A stretch of DNA of 61,906 nt, filler included, from Sphacelaria rigidula (taxonomy: Eukaryota), in NCBI GenBank assembly GCA_964200075.2. It is 9 parts of 9 records of this genome, joined end to end, with 100 filler letters (N's around TTAATTAATTAA, not from the genome) between each part and the next. Parts side by side here need not be neighbours in the genome. Positions count along the whole stretch, not along the records: positions 34,451 to 41,239 come from CAXNAA020018071.1; positions 41,340 to 48,128 come from CAXNAA020018072.1; 7 more parts are not named here. One strand, given 5' to 3'. The notes under the pieces were generated by a model, which saw only the letters and a program-made list of their open reading frames with translations, did not search any database and was not told the origin of the DNA. The translations under genes and the position numbers were made by a program. This document shows, in pieces, positions 35,961-46,300 of this stretch (position 1 is its first letter; every line of letters begins with the position of its first letter).

Positions 35961-37364
35961 GTTTGGAATTGCGTGTGTCGACCACACGCTGTACCTTTTT
36001 GTCGTTGTATCGAGTACGACTGTATCATGTACCCTTTTTCGAATCAACCACACAAACCGAAAGAGTGCATGAGTCGTACAGTAGGATATTTTCCCGTATA
36101 ATACTTGCCCTCTGTAGTAAGAAGCTTTGTGGTGCATGGCCCATGGGACACGTGTTGGCCTTGACCCGCTTGATTTCGGGGCGGACGGTTTTTTACCCTG
36201 AACACGATTAACTAAATATAAAGTGGGTTTGATGATTGATTGTCGCACATGAAGTCACCCGCTACGAATCATGATCTAGACGTCGTCTCGAGAACGTGAA
36301 ATATACGGAACACCCTGGTGCTGTTCCTTTGCAATGGCCGCCGCGCTCTGGTGGTGTAATGGTCCGACTGTCGCCATTAGGGTGGATAGAACGGGGGTTC
36401 GATTCCCGATGCGTTGGGTTTTTTGTTCGTTATGCATGATCTCCACCNNNNNNNNNNGTTGACGCGGTGCGGGAGTGCTGATCCAATCCGCGAGACCAAA
36501 ATGAAAGGCGCGTGCCGGGGCAGAGATGGGTTGGTCCCTTGAGACCACGGATTCATCCCGAGGAATGGGAAGGGTTCCAAGTGTGAGGGAAGGAAAAAAA
36601 ACAACTAAGGAAGCTCAAGAAGGGCAAATGTGAAATATAAAGGAGAGCGCGATTATAGGCAAGGGAGAAGGCCAAATGTATACATATACAAGGGGTTCGG
36701 CGGCTTACGCCGCCACGGCTAGTGAGATGGACAGCCAAGATACATGAGAGCCGGTCATTGTTGCTCGCATTGCGTAACGGCACAGGTCATAGTTTTAAGT
36801 GGAGTACTTTCGGCTGTGTGCGTATGGTGACACATGTCTAGGGAGCAGGATATGAAAAAGAGTTTTACTGACGTTTGATAATCGCACCTACACGGGCACG
36901 TAAACGACAACCTCCACCGTCGAAGAACACACACGGAGACGCGCATTCGAGTTTTACACCCACAGCAACGAATAGGAAACATCGTCCACCGTCGACGAAC
37001 ACACACCCGGGGACACTCGTACCATTAACCAGATGTTATTGCGCCGCGGAGTAAAAAAGACGAAAATAGATGCTGCGACGGTGAACGAACAGTGCTGGGT
37101 TGTGCCTGTGACGAATATCCCCGTTTCCTCTCCTTATCTCCCTTAAAGCAAACATTTTTTTAATTTGGTCATTATCCAGATGAGGGATTTACTGTAGGTC
37201 TCTACGCGTGTCGCAACGCTTGCTCGAGAGTTGTTCGAAATTTCGTGGGTGGGTTAGTTGTTTTGTCTGTTTATCCATATCTATGCATGATGGAGACCAT
37301 GTGCCTTCCCCTTCCCTCCCTCCCTCCCTCCCTCCCGTTGTGTTTTTTGGTGGTTTGTGGCTAG

Positions 37365-37439
37365 ATCGGAAGGGAGGTTTTGGATGCGGCCGGAAAAGCG
37401 GTGCGTGCAGGCGTAACCACGGACGAGATTGATCGAGTG
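37365..37439 (+). CDS. METAP1: Methionine aminopeptidase type 1, exon (IGREVLDAAGKAVRAGVTTDEIDRV)
   Basis: Matches the MetAP1 motif REVLD.A...V.PGVTT.EID; TAG acceptor, GTGAGT donor, 75 nt. Confidence 0.9.
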
Positions 37440-38539
37440 GTGAGTTGGTGATGCTGTTGGTGGTTTCAGTAGTGTGGTCACGGGCAAAACCAGTAGAGAA
37501 AAAAATGTGCTTTATACTGTAGCCAGTACAAAATAGGTTAACATGCTCAGTTTGCGCCCACTGTAGTAGTAGTGGTAGAGTTATCCTACGGTAGGGGTGC
37601 ACACATATTTTCTGAGGTTAGAATTGTTGGGAGCCCCATATCTCATCCAAAACACGACTGATGGAATAGGTTGAGAGTACGCCAGGGTTACTATTCCAAT
37701 GTGCTATAATAGAGATATCCCGAATGAATTTGCAAACGGGGATACCCTGGCCCATATTCTTGTGCATCTTGAATCGTGAGGAGCCCCTGAGGCAGACAAC
37801 ATTTTGCGCAAAAAGAGCACCCCTACCGTGGCATTGCTCAGTAGTACTACTTCTACTACAACTACTAGTAGCAGTAGTCCCGCCGACGTTGCCAGACGCT
37901 GGCATTGTCGGGAGGATGACTTGAAGTTCACGTTGCAGGAGATTCTTTTTTTCAGCTCTGAGTGCTGCTACTTCGCGCTGCTGTAGTCGGTGCTGATGGG
38001 TGCCCTCCGCAAACAGTGCGGTTTTGGCACTTTCGGGCACATTGTAGGGGTTCTGGCAAAAAAACGCTTTAAAAAAAGCGTCAACCGGCATGACTTATGC
38101 CGCTAGAACCTCAGATCCCAGCTATACTCGTCTCAGCTTATCCTCTGAACTTTCTTCCGGGGCGGCTGACCCGACCCCCATATGGGTTAGTGCCGGGCGT
38201 GCAAGCGTTGTCGATGTGTGTCAGGATGAGTGAAACTGGGTACGAGGTACATTTTCCTGGCAATTTTGTGAAAACCGGGGATGGCACCCAAATATCCCCG
38301 TGTGACCCGGGAAAAATCTCCCCCCCCCCTCCCGTGCGTGTGGTAATGCTATCGAAACCATGTTGGGACCCCAGAAACAGACTGCAGGGCCACGAACAGC
38401 TATTTTGTACATATCCCACCTATATTCCCGTCACTTCAAATCCCAGCTATATTTCCGTACAGAGTGGTACATGTTTATTTTTGTTGGTGACTTCTTTTTT
38501 TCGAGACGTTTTACGCGATGTCCTTTGGTATACCAGTGT

Positions 38540-38644
38540 ATGATGATGATGATAGTAATTATTATTATTATTAGTAGTATTATTAGTATTAGTATTATTA
38601 GTATTAGTATTATTATTATTATTATTAGTATTAGTATTAGTATT

Positions 38645-38677
<33 letters not shown>

Positions 38678-38775
38678 ATATATTCTTGCTCTTGTCTTTT
38701 CTCGCCACCACTTGTCTTGTGGTTACTTCCGAACGAACGAACGGGCGAACGGGCGAACGAACGAACGAACGAACA
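38540..38775. repeat. Microsatellites (ATT/AGT)n and (GAAC)n in the MetAP1 intron
   Basis: Directly visible simple repeats; (GAAC)n abuts the splice acceptor. Confidence 0.95.
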
Positions 38776-38777
38776 AG

Positions 38778-38972
38778 ACACACGAAGCGACGATCGAAAG
38801 GAACGCGTATCCTTCGCCGCTGAACTACTACAACTTCCCCAAGAGCGTCTGTACGTCGGTGAATGAGAGCATCTGCCACGGGATCCCAGACATGAGAGAA
38901 CTTAAGGACGGGGACATTGTCAATGTCGACGTCACCGCCTACTTCGGGGGCTACCACGGCGACTTGAATGAG
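38778..38972 (+). CDS. METAP1: Methionine aminopeptidase type 1, exon ([38 protein letters not shown]...[10 protein letters not shown]...GYHGDLNE)
   Basis: Diagnostic YPSPLNY..FPKS.CTSVNE.ICHGIPD motif and metal-binding DVT/HGDLNE motifs; AAG acceptor, GTGCAG donor, 195 nt. Confidence 0.95.
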
Positions 38973-40032
38973 GTGCAGTGTTTCATACACCAGACGGCTC
39001 ATGAGCAATAGTGCAATTGTCAAACTTTCAAGCAAAGCATTTTCGACTCGAATGACGGTTTTTCCGGACTATAATACTTACTCATCACGGTTTTTGTTTG
39101 ATCCCAAACTCAAGGAATCGAGAAGCATGAGCACCCAAACAAGTTTTACCATAAAAAATGCAGTAATCCCTTACCAATTTTGAAACCGATACGGGCTCAC
39201 CGGGTTTTTGGGGCCCTCCGAGTTGTACAGCCGCCGGTTTTCGCTCTTTCAAAATTTCGTTCGACCGAATCGATCCGGATTGTTATTAAAAGTAGAAAGT
39301 ATTTGCCTTTCCGCTGTTCTTTTTCTTGGCATTCACTTCGCTAGGGGCGCAAAACCGTGTTTCTGGGCCTCATACGGTCAACAACACCCCCTGTATGAAG
39401 GGCTTATTACTCTGTATCGTTTCGACAACACGAAATTCCCACGATCTTTTGTCTTTTTTCTCGATTGGGAATGAATGCGTGTGCTGTTGCGCAAGGTCTT
39501 TCCCTCCTGAAGCAACGGTGTAGAAGCCGGCCATTTCTAGCTTTTTCAATTTGTTGTACGGTGTACTCTTTCTGTCTTCTTCACTTTTCTTCAGAAAAGG
39601 TTTCCGTTTAGTTTTGTTCTCATCTCGGGGACGTCTTATGTATGATGACGACTGGATCCCTAGGGGATCCTTTGACGTGCGACAATCAATCAATGAATCA
39701 AACCAGTCAATATACTGGTCATTCTCCAAACTTGGTCACAAGATGAACATATGAACGTATTACATTGTACGTCGTCAAAGTACTGTATGCGCGGGGACAA
39801 TGGGTGAAGGAAATGCTGTTTGATTGGCTGCTTGGTTGCTTGGTTGTCGCACATTATGTGACCCAGTACGAGTCATGATCCAGGCATGGTCACAAAATAG
39901 ACGTACCTACCCGAGATGATGAATGAGAGGAAACGAGAGGAAGCAGAAATGTGATTCTGAAAGAAAAAAGAAGGAAGAAGGAAATAAATGAGAGTAAATT
40001 GAAGAGAAAGGGAGAAGAGGAAAGAGAAGGAC

Positions 40033-40410
40033 GGGAGGGGGGGGGAGGGGGGGGGGTTACTCATTCGTTGCTTGCCTTGGTCGTGAACACCCTGGACAAA
40101 ATATTTCAGTGTCAAGAAATCTACTGCGCACAGTGTGGAATCCTTTGTCTATTGCAATAGACCCAACAGTAGATACTCTATGCCGCAGACTTTTTGACAA
40201 TGGAATCTACTGTCATTGTCCAGGGTGTGTAGTCTTTTGACCATTGACCACGCATCCCTTTCGAGACGGAGCACCGTTTCTACTCCTAATAGAGATACCT
40301 CCAACATTCCGGTGCTCATTACGTTTTTTCCGTACATTACTCGAAAACTTTTTACATATCTTATCCCCGTCCTGTTCCGCCGTCTGCGGCCACGATCTAT
40401 CTCCTAGTAA
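40033..40410 (-). mobile_element. LINE family A 3' fragment interrupted by a MITE; shorter A tails at 3081-3146(-), 9496-9569(-), 41147-41230(-), 60031-60110(-)
   Basis: Reverse complement of 27045-27263, flanked by G tracts on both sides. Confidence 0.85.
40086..40229. mobile_element. ~145-bp MITE with (TTC)CACACCCTGGACAA inverted termini; copies at 49077-49226, 53621-53760 and 61831-61906 (cut by the window end)
   Basis: ACACCCTGGACAA ... TTGTCCAGGGTGT termini; four dispersed copies with related interiors. Confidence 0.75.
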
Positions 40411-41419
40411 AGCCGCGGGGGGGGGAAGGGAGAAAAAAGCAAACAGTAAGAAAAACGAACAAGAAAAAAAACGAAAGAAAGAGGGAAGGGAAGGAAGAGA
40501 GAGATCATGAGAAAAATCCAAGGCTAAGAAATGTAGTGCTTGCCCGGGAAAAAAGAACGGTGAGCTTCTACCGCATGGCTTTAGGTGAGGAGACTGTACA
40601 CAAACCAAAACAAGACAAGGAAAGAAAAAAAAGTTGCGGATTAGCTATCTCTATCTATTTGTGTTGCAAGCAGGTTTTCATCCGACGTTCCAACCGCATG
40701 GTTCTTTATCCCTTCCGGGAATAAACCACCAGTAGCGCAGGGGCCTCACCGCGCCCCGGTGGTGTGAAGTAAAAACGATCTAACTGCCATCATTAAGGTG
40801 CAGAGAGCGTGGGTTCGATTCCTCCGATGCGTTCGGTTCTTTCTTCGAAGTATCTGATTTCCACCGTCGAAAGCGTGAGTGAGTACGTACCTGAGTAAAC
40901 AAAAAGTAGTTGACTGAGTTCGTTTGACAAGAGGTGACGCGGTGCGGAAGTGTTGGTCATGATCCAATCCGCGAGGGCAAAAATGCAAGGCGTGCACCGG
41001 GGAGGGATAGATGGGTTGATCCTTCTGAGACCAGTAGACCACGGACTCGTCCCGAAGGAGAAGAGTTCAAAATGTGACGAGAGAAAAAGAAGGATGTTTT
41101 TTTCATCTCAAGTACGCCCATCACTATGACCGCGGCTAGATCCCTTGGGGGGAGGGGGGGGGGGCGTACTCATTTGTTGCTTGTCTTAGTGGTTGAACCA
41201 AGAACCACGCAGTCCTTTCGACACGGAGCATATGGAACANNNNNNNNNNNNNNNNNNNNNNNNNNNNNNNNNNNNNNNNNNNNTTAATTAATTAANNNNN
41301 NNNNNNNNNNNNNNNNNNNNNNNNNNNNNNNNNNNNNNNTCCCCCCCGCGGGCGCGGGCGGGGGGGGGGGGGGGTGGGGGGGGGGGGGGGGGGGGGGGTG
41401 GGGGGGGGGGGGGTTCTGT

Positions 41420-43200
41420 CCAGAAGGCTGCGTGTTCATTTCGCGGCACGTTCCCTGCGAGGTTCTCTGAACTCACTCAGGTGCTGAAACTAGTCAAGGC
41501 TATATTGCCATAAAATCTCCTGGGGCGTGAATTACGCGACCTAATATCAAGCGATGGGCATAATCCAGGTTATATAACCGTATAAGCTCCCGTAACGTGT
41601 ACCAGTGGCCACCCGTGTACGATTGGCACATGGCATCCGACGGGACAGTCTGGTGGCCTACCCCCAGAGTACTGGAAGCTCCGAGATTGGATTCTGGATG
41701 GTGGTCCGCGAAGCCGACATCGGTTGCGACACCGAAAGAACAAAGTCGCTGTACAGCACTCCCTTCCGTGCTGCGATCGAAATAACTGGTCAAGCACCGC
41801 TCCAGATCACGGTGTAAAGCCGGGCCTGGCTACCCCGAGGGGCTGCCCAGATCCATGAGGGACCTGAAACCATCAAGAAGTTGTGTCAGAGCAGCAGCAT
41901 TGTCGGGCGAGCAACACTCGATGGAGCATGTGGAGCTGTATAACAGAAGTCTACCAAGCATCAACCCAGTCAGAATCTTCAAAGCGCTGACTACCCGTAC
42001 GATCGACCAGCAGAAGGATGTTTTGAACAGTACGACGTATAAATGTAATTAGGGCGGAAGTGTATTGCCGCGAGTCTTCGTTGTCGGCTGCAGGCATGGT
42101 TCTAACGTGCCAAAGTTTCTTCACATCTATCCGAAGGCATTGTCTCTGAATGAAGCCGACACGGGCGGATTCAGCCTGAACGGCGGCCGCTGCTGCACGA
42201 GCTGCGGTTTGCTCTTGGTCGCCATCGGTGACAGCCAGAGTGCGAACCGTCCAGGAAGAAAATGGATCATATGAGTTGTCGTCATCTGATAAGTCTAAAC
42301 TCTGACCCGACACGGCCACCAGACGTGGTGTAGCGTGACTGAGGGTGGTGGGAGCCGACGGCAGCGGATCCGTGGCAGTCTGAATCTCGACCCCTGTTGT
42401 GTTCTGTTCAGCCCGCGAGTGTGGCGAGTCACACGGGATGGTTGGGTCCGCCCAGAGGAGGAGCTTCCACCTCCGTGGAAGCCGCGAGAACCGGCACCGC
42501 CCTTGCGATCATGGCCGTCAACATCATGCCTCTGGCGTCGGCGACGAAGGGTCACTTGGGACCAGCCGTCATCACCTTGGGCTGTGGCGGTCTGGAAGGC
42601 GGTGTGCAACGCGACGAAAGCTCTACAGTGGACAGTTTGTAAGGCGTGGCGGATTGTGAGATGTGACGGACGAATAGGCCATTGGTGAGCGAAAGAGGAT
42701 CGTGGGCGGGACAGACCCCATTATTGTCCAGCTAGCATGCCACTGCACCGTGGAGTGGCCAGGAGAGCTCTGGTCAAGCCTTACGAAAGCTTTTGAAAGG
42801 GTTTGGTAGAGTGTACTTGTCAGAAAGGTTCCGCACAGAAAGCGAATATCAAGGTATTTCGTCGTATTAGATGGAGAAGCGGCGCGGTATAGCGCTGGCG
42901 TCCGAGCGGATGGTTGAAGTAGGCGGGAGCGGGGATGGGTTGAGGTGAAAGCGAGGAGCGACTGCGGCGACAGAGACTCGGTACTGCTCAAAGCGGGAGT
43001 CAATTTCCTGCAGCCATGCGGCAGTGCGCTGTTTCTGGGCTTCCTTACTGGCGACCTTACGAACCCATGCTTGCGTCATCGCGCGAATTTCCGTCGACGG
43101 ACGTCGAGCAGCTGTAGTGGGAGTCGCCCGAGCGGGCAGTGCTCCGGACCCAACTGTGAGCAATCCTGCTGCGGCGAAGGTGCGGGAATGGGGGTGGGGT
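41420..43200 (-). mobile_element. Decayed CRE/R2-type (RLE) non-LTR retrotransposon, region upstream of the RT domain
   Basis: Broken frames contain DDGWSQVTLRRRR, WVDAW...LHMLHRVLL, AVQRLCSFGVA...HHP and SAP, recalling the pre-RT motifs of CRE-clade ORFs. No RT core is visible because the contig ends. Confidence 0.4.
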
Positions 43201-43934
43201 GTTCGTAAATATAACGTAGTGACTTGACAAAAAGGGCTCAGCTTTCAGCGTCGCACGGCTATTCAAGTAGCGAAGAAAAACAGTAGCAACCCGTGAGCTG
43301 AGAAGAGGGGCTGTGCTCCGGATTGAAGGAGAAAGACGTATGAAGTGGGGGTAAAAGGAAACGACTCCAACAATACTGTTTATTGTTGGGCACGAAACAC
43401 AGAGGAGCGGCAGAAATCTGCGCACAACCGAATGGAAGTACACACAGGTACACGGACAAAAGTAGGAAACCAGAAAAATATATATCGCAAAAATATCGCC
43501 GAAAAGCAAGAGAGGGGTTCCCCGGAAATCAAAAGCCGACAAACGATTTGGCAGGGACAATACTGTTTGTCACACGTTCACCCAGCGTACGGGGTCCGCG
43601 AAGTAACTCTGGTCTGTGCTGCGCTGGATTGGTATAGTGCCACAGTACATATACCTCGAAGTATCATGTTAATATATTACAGACAGAAATGATTGTCGCC
43701 CGTCTTTTTCTTGAAAAATGAATAGGAATCTTTTTCCTTTTCCCCCCCCAGGGAACACAAAGCCGCCGTAAGTACACAACACCGAGTCATGAGTGAAATA
43801 CACCCTCCTCGTATACGCATATCCGCCTGAGAGAGACAGTACTCACAAAACTCCCGAGGTGCTGGGGTATGCTGGTGTGGCCTGTTTGCGGGTGTGCGGG
43901 CGACGTGATACGCCGCTGTTGTACAACGGACGTG

Positions 43935-44540
43935 AGAGCAAAACCTCGGCAATGTGGACCGACGACAACCAACATGTTCCACTGCTGTCCTCGCCACCAC
44001 AGACCCCAAGTCCTCAAATACGGGTCTACAGCAGTCGCTAGTGGTACCAACTACAGCTGTGGACCCGCACAGGGCGTGACTTATGGAGAACTACGCAATC
44101 TGCGCACGGAAAGCCACCAGCGAACAACATGTTCCACTGCCGTACTCGCCGCGACAAACCAAAACATTGTCACTGCTGTACTCGCCACCTGACCTCTGCT
44201 GTACCTTCACGGGTGCTATGTGTAGAAGACAGCCTAAAAACGGGTGTGATGCGTGTTTACATGCTTATATCTCTTGCAAAGAATGAGTTATCGAGAGCCG
44301 CAACAGTACGCAGCAGTAACGTCTCCAGAAATCCGTAACCTGAACCCACAGAATATACCTTGCAGTGCTGTACTTGCCACCACAGACCCTAACCTGCTCA
44401 AGTACGGGTCTCTAGCAGTAGCTAGTGGTACCAGCTACTGCTGTGGACCCGCACTTGAGGAGGTTGGGGTCTGCAGTGGCGAGCACAGCAGTGGATGCTT
44501 CCTGTCGTCGGCCCAGATCTGCGGAGTTCTGACCCACTGC
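43935..44540. repeat. Foldback/palindromic repeat cluster
   Basis: Imperfect ~123-bp palindrome at 44367-44489 centred on GGTACC, a direct partial copy at 43975-44070, and shorter arm copies at 44130-44190. Confidence 0.85.
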
Positions 44541-45619
44541 TGCGGCTCCCAACAACTCCGCCCCAGCAGCAGATCTGCACATGCCAACACGCGTCACACC
44601 CTTCTCCATGATGTCCTATTCTGATATAGCCGGGTTTTGTCCAGGAAATCTCAACCCGAACCTTGATATTGGAGTCATCCTACGATGGGGGGGGGGGGGG
44701 GGGGCACTTGATTGAACGAAAAAATAGGCTCAAAAGTGTGTCAGACGACCTGCCACACTCGCGGTGTGCTTGTATCTGGTTCAAAACGGTGTCAATCGGT
44801 ATATCCGAGCGTTTTATATCTATAACAAGCTCGTTCGAGCAACCGTTGCTCCTTTCAAAGACGAAGTTGGCTTAAAATTTCGTGCAAGAAGTGGCCCAAA
44901 ATACCCCCCCCTCCCTATCGTAGGATGACTCATTGACGCCCGCATAATGGTCTGTTTTGTCTCGAGTTTTGAGATGGCGCAAAATATATCTTGATTCCGG
45001 ACCACATGCGGAACGTGGTATCCTTCATGATACACATGTAAAGAGTCGTCCCGTTCGTCGCTGTGTGAGCGAATCAACAACTCTCGTCTTGCGCAATACT
45101 TCCCTACTGGTCTAGTGAATCTGTTGTGTGGTTGGTGTTTGCTTTCCCGGCCATTTTTAAAATGCCCAACTCCAATTATCGGTCTCTCCTTTATCACGAT
45201 TCTTTCTAGAGCTTGAAGTCCGAATACGACGAGGGACAAAGTAGCGGCATACATATGCATAACCTTTCTACGATCAGCTTCCGCGGTGGCATGCCGACGT
45301 TCCATTCAGTGCCTTGCCGCCGATGTGTGTGTCTTGCATTTCCGTCTTTCATCAGTGTCATGGGCTTACGGCGCTGTATATGGCAAGCACAGGCTCACTA
45401 GGCAAGGCAAGTAGACAGTCGAGAGACCGTACAGCCAAGCCACAAGGTATTGCTCAGTTTATTCTCATACTATGCACCAGTCCCACACAAGACGTGTTCA
45501 GATAAACCAGTATCTCACGCGCAATGTCTACCTTCCTCTTTATACTCTGATCCCGACCTTCTAGTATCCACTCAATCAATCCAATCTTACGCTCAGTATA
45601 TCAGTCTCACCGTGTTAGA

Positions 45620-46300
45620 CCTCTAGCTAAGAGAGGGGCTATAGGCGGTAGTGACAGAGGGTGGCCCTCGCTTGCACAAGGGCACACTCGAGCCATCATC
45701 GTCTCTGCCATATACAAATTCACACTCGGGCCAACTCTGAACATACCTGAAGTCTTGGGTCTTAAGATATCCTAAAGGCAAAACCCCAGACTCACCAATG
45801 GGTCTGAAGCGGCATGACAACAGGCTTATACGGGTCTTCACGACATCAGTAGGATACACCATTTGTTCCGTTTCTTCTACAACTTGAGAGGTTATATGGC
45901 ATAGGTGCTACATTTGGCAAAAAGGGTTCTTGTTCTGGGGGTCTTGGGTTTACCCTTGCACCTGGGTTGGTTTTCGGTTCTGTGGAGATATGCTTTCGTG
46001 AGGGTTTTTTCCCCGATACCCAGGTTTCCCTTTGCATTTCACTTCCGGTTTCCTACCACCTACAATCAATTACAAAGACCGCGGTTCTCCTTCCTCCTGT
46101 CTTTCCCGAATCATCTCTCTCTTCAGTCTTCAGGCATCTTTTCATTGGTTCATATCTTCCGTTCAGAAATATGTGCTTCATGGCCAACACATCACGCCCA
46201 TCTCAAGTCTGCTCTCCATCCTCCCCCGCTACGTTGTCTCCACTCTAACCAACAACACACATGATGCCTACTTGGAATCATCACTAATGGGAGAATTGTC
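45620..46300 (-). mobile_element. Possible highly decayed 3' fragment of a third LINE family
   Basis: Purine-rich minus strand with broken KAYLH and C..REDP...LLSC-like remnants resembling a LINE C-terminal knuckle. Confidence 0.25.

Noticed and set aside
35523-36248. 241-aa Lys-rich ORF and the overlapping poly-Phe/Leu ORFs; also the Ile-rich ORFs at 38360-38866
   Set aside because: These frames are open only because of microsatellites.
36339-36415. Functional tRNA-Pro gene
   Set aside because: The acceptor and anticodon stems are broken, and it is the head of a dispersed repeat.
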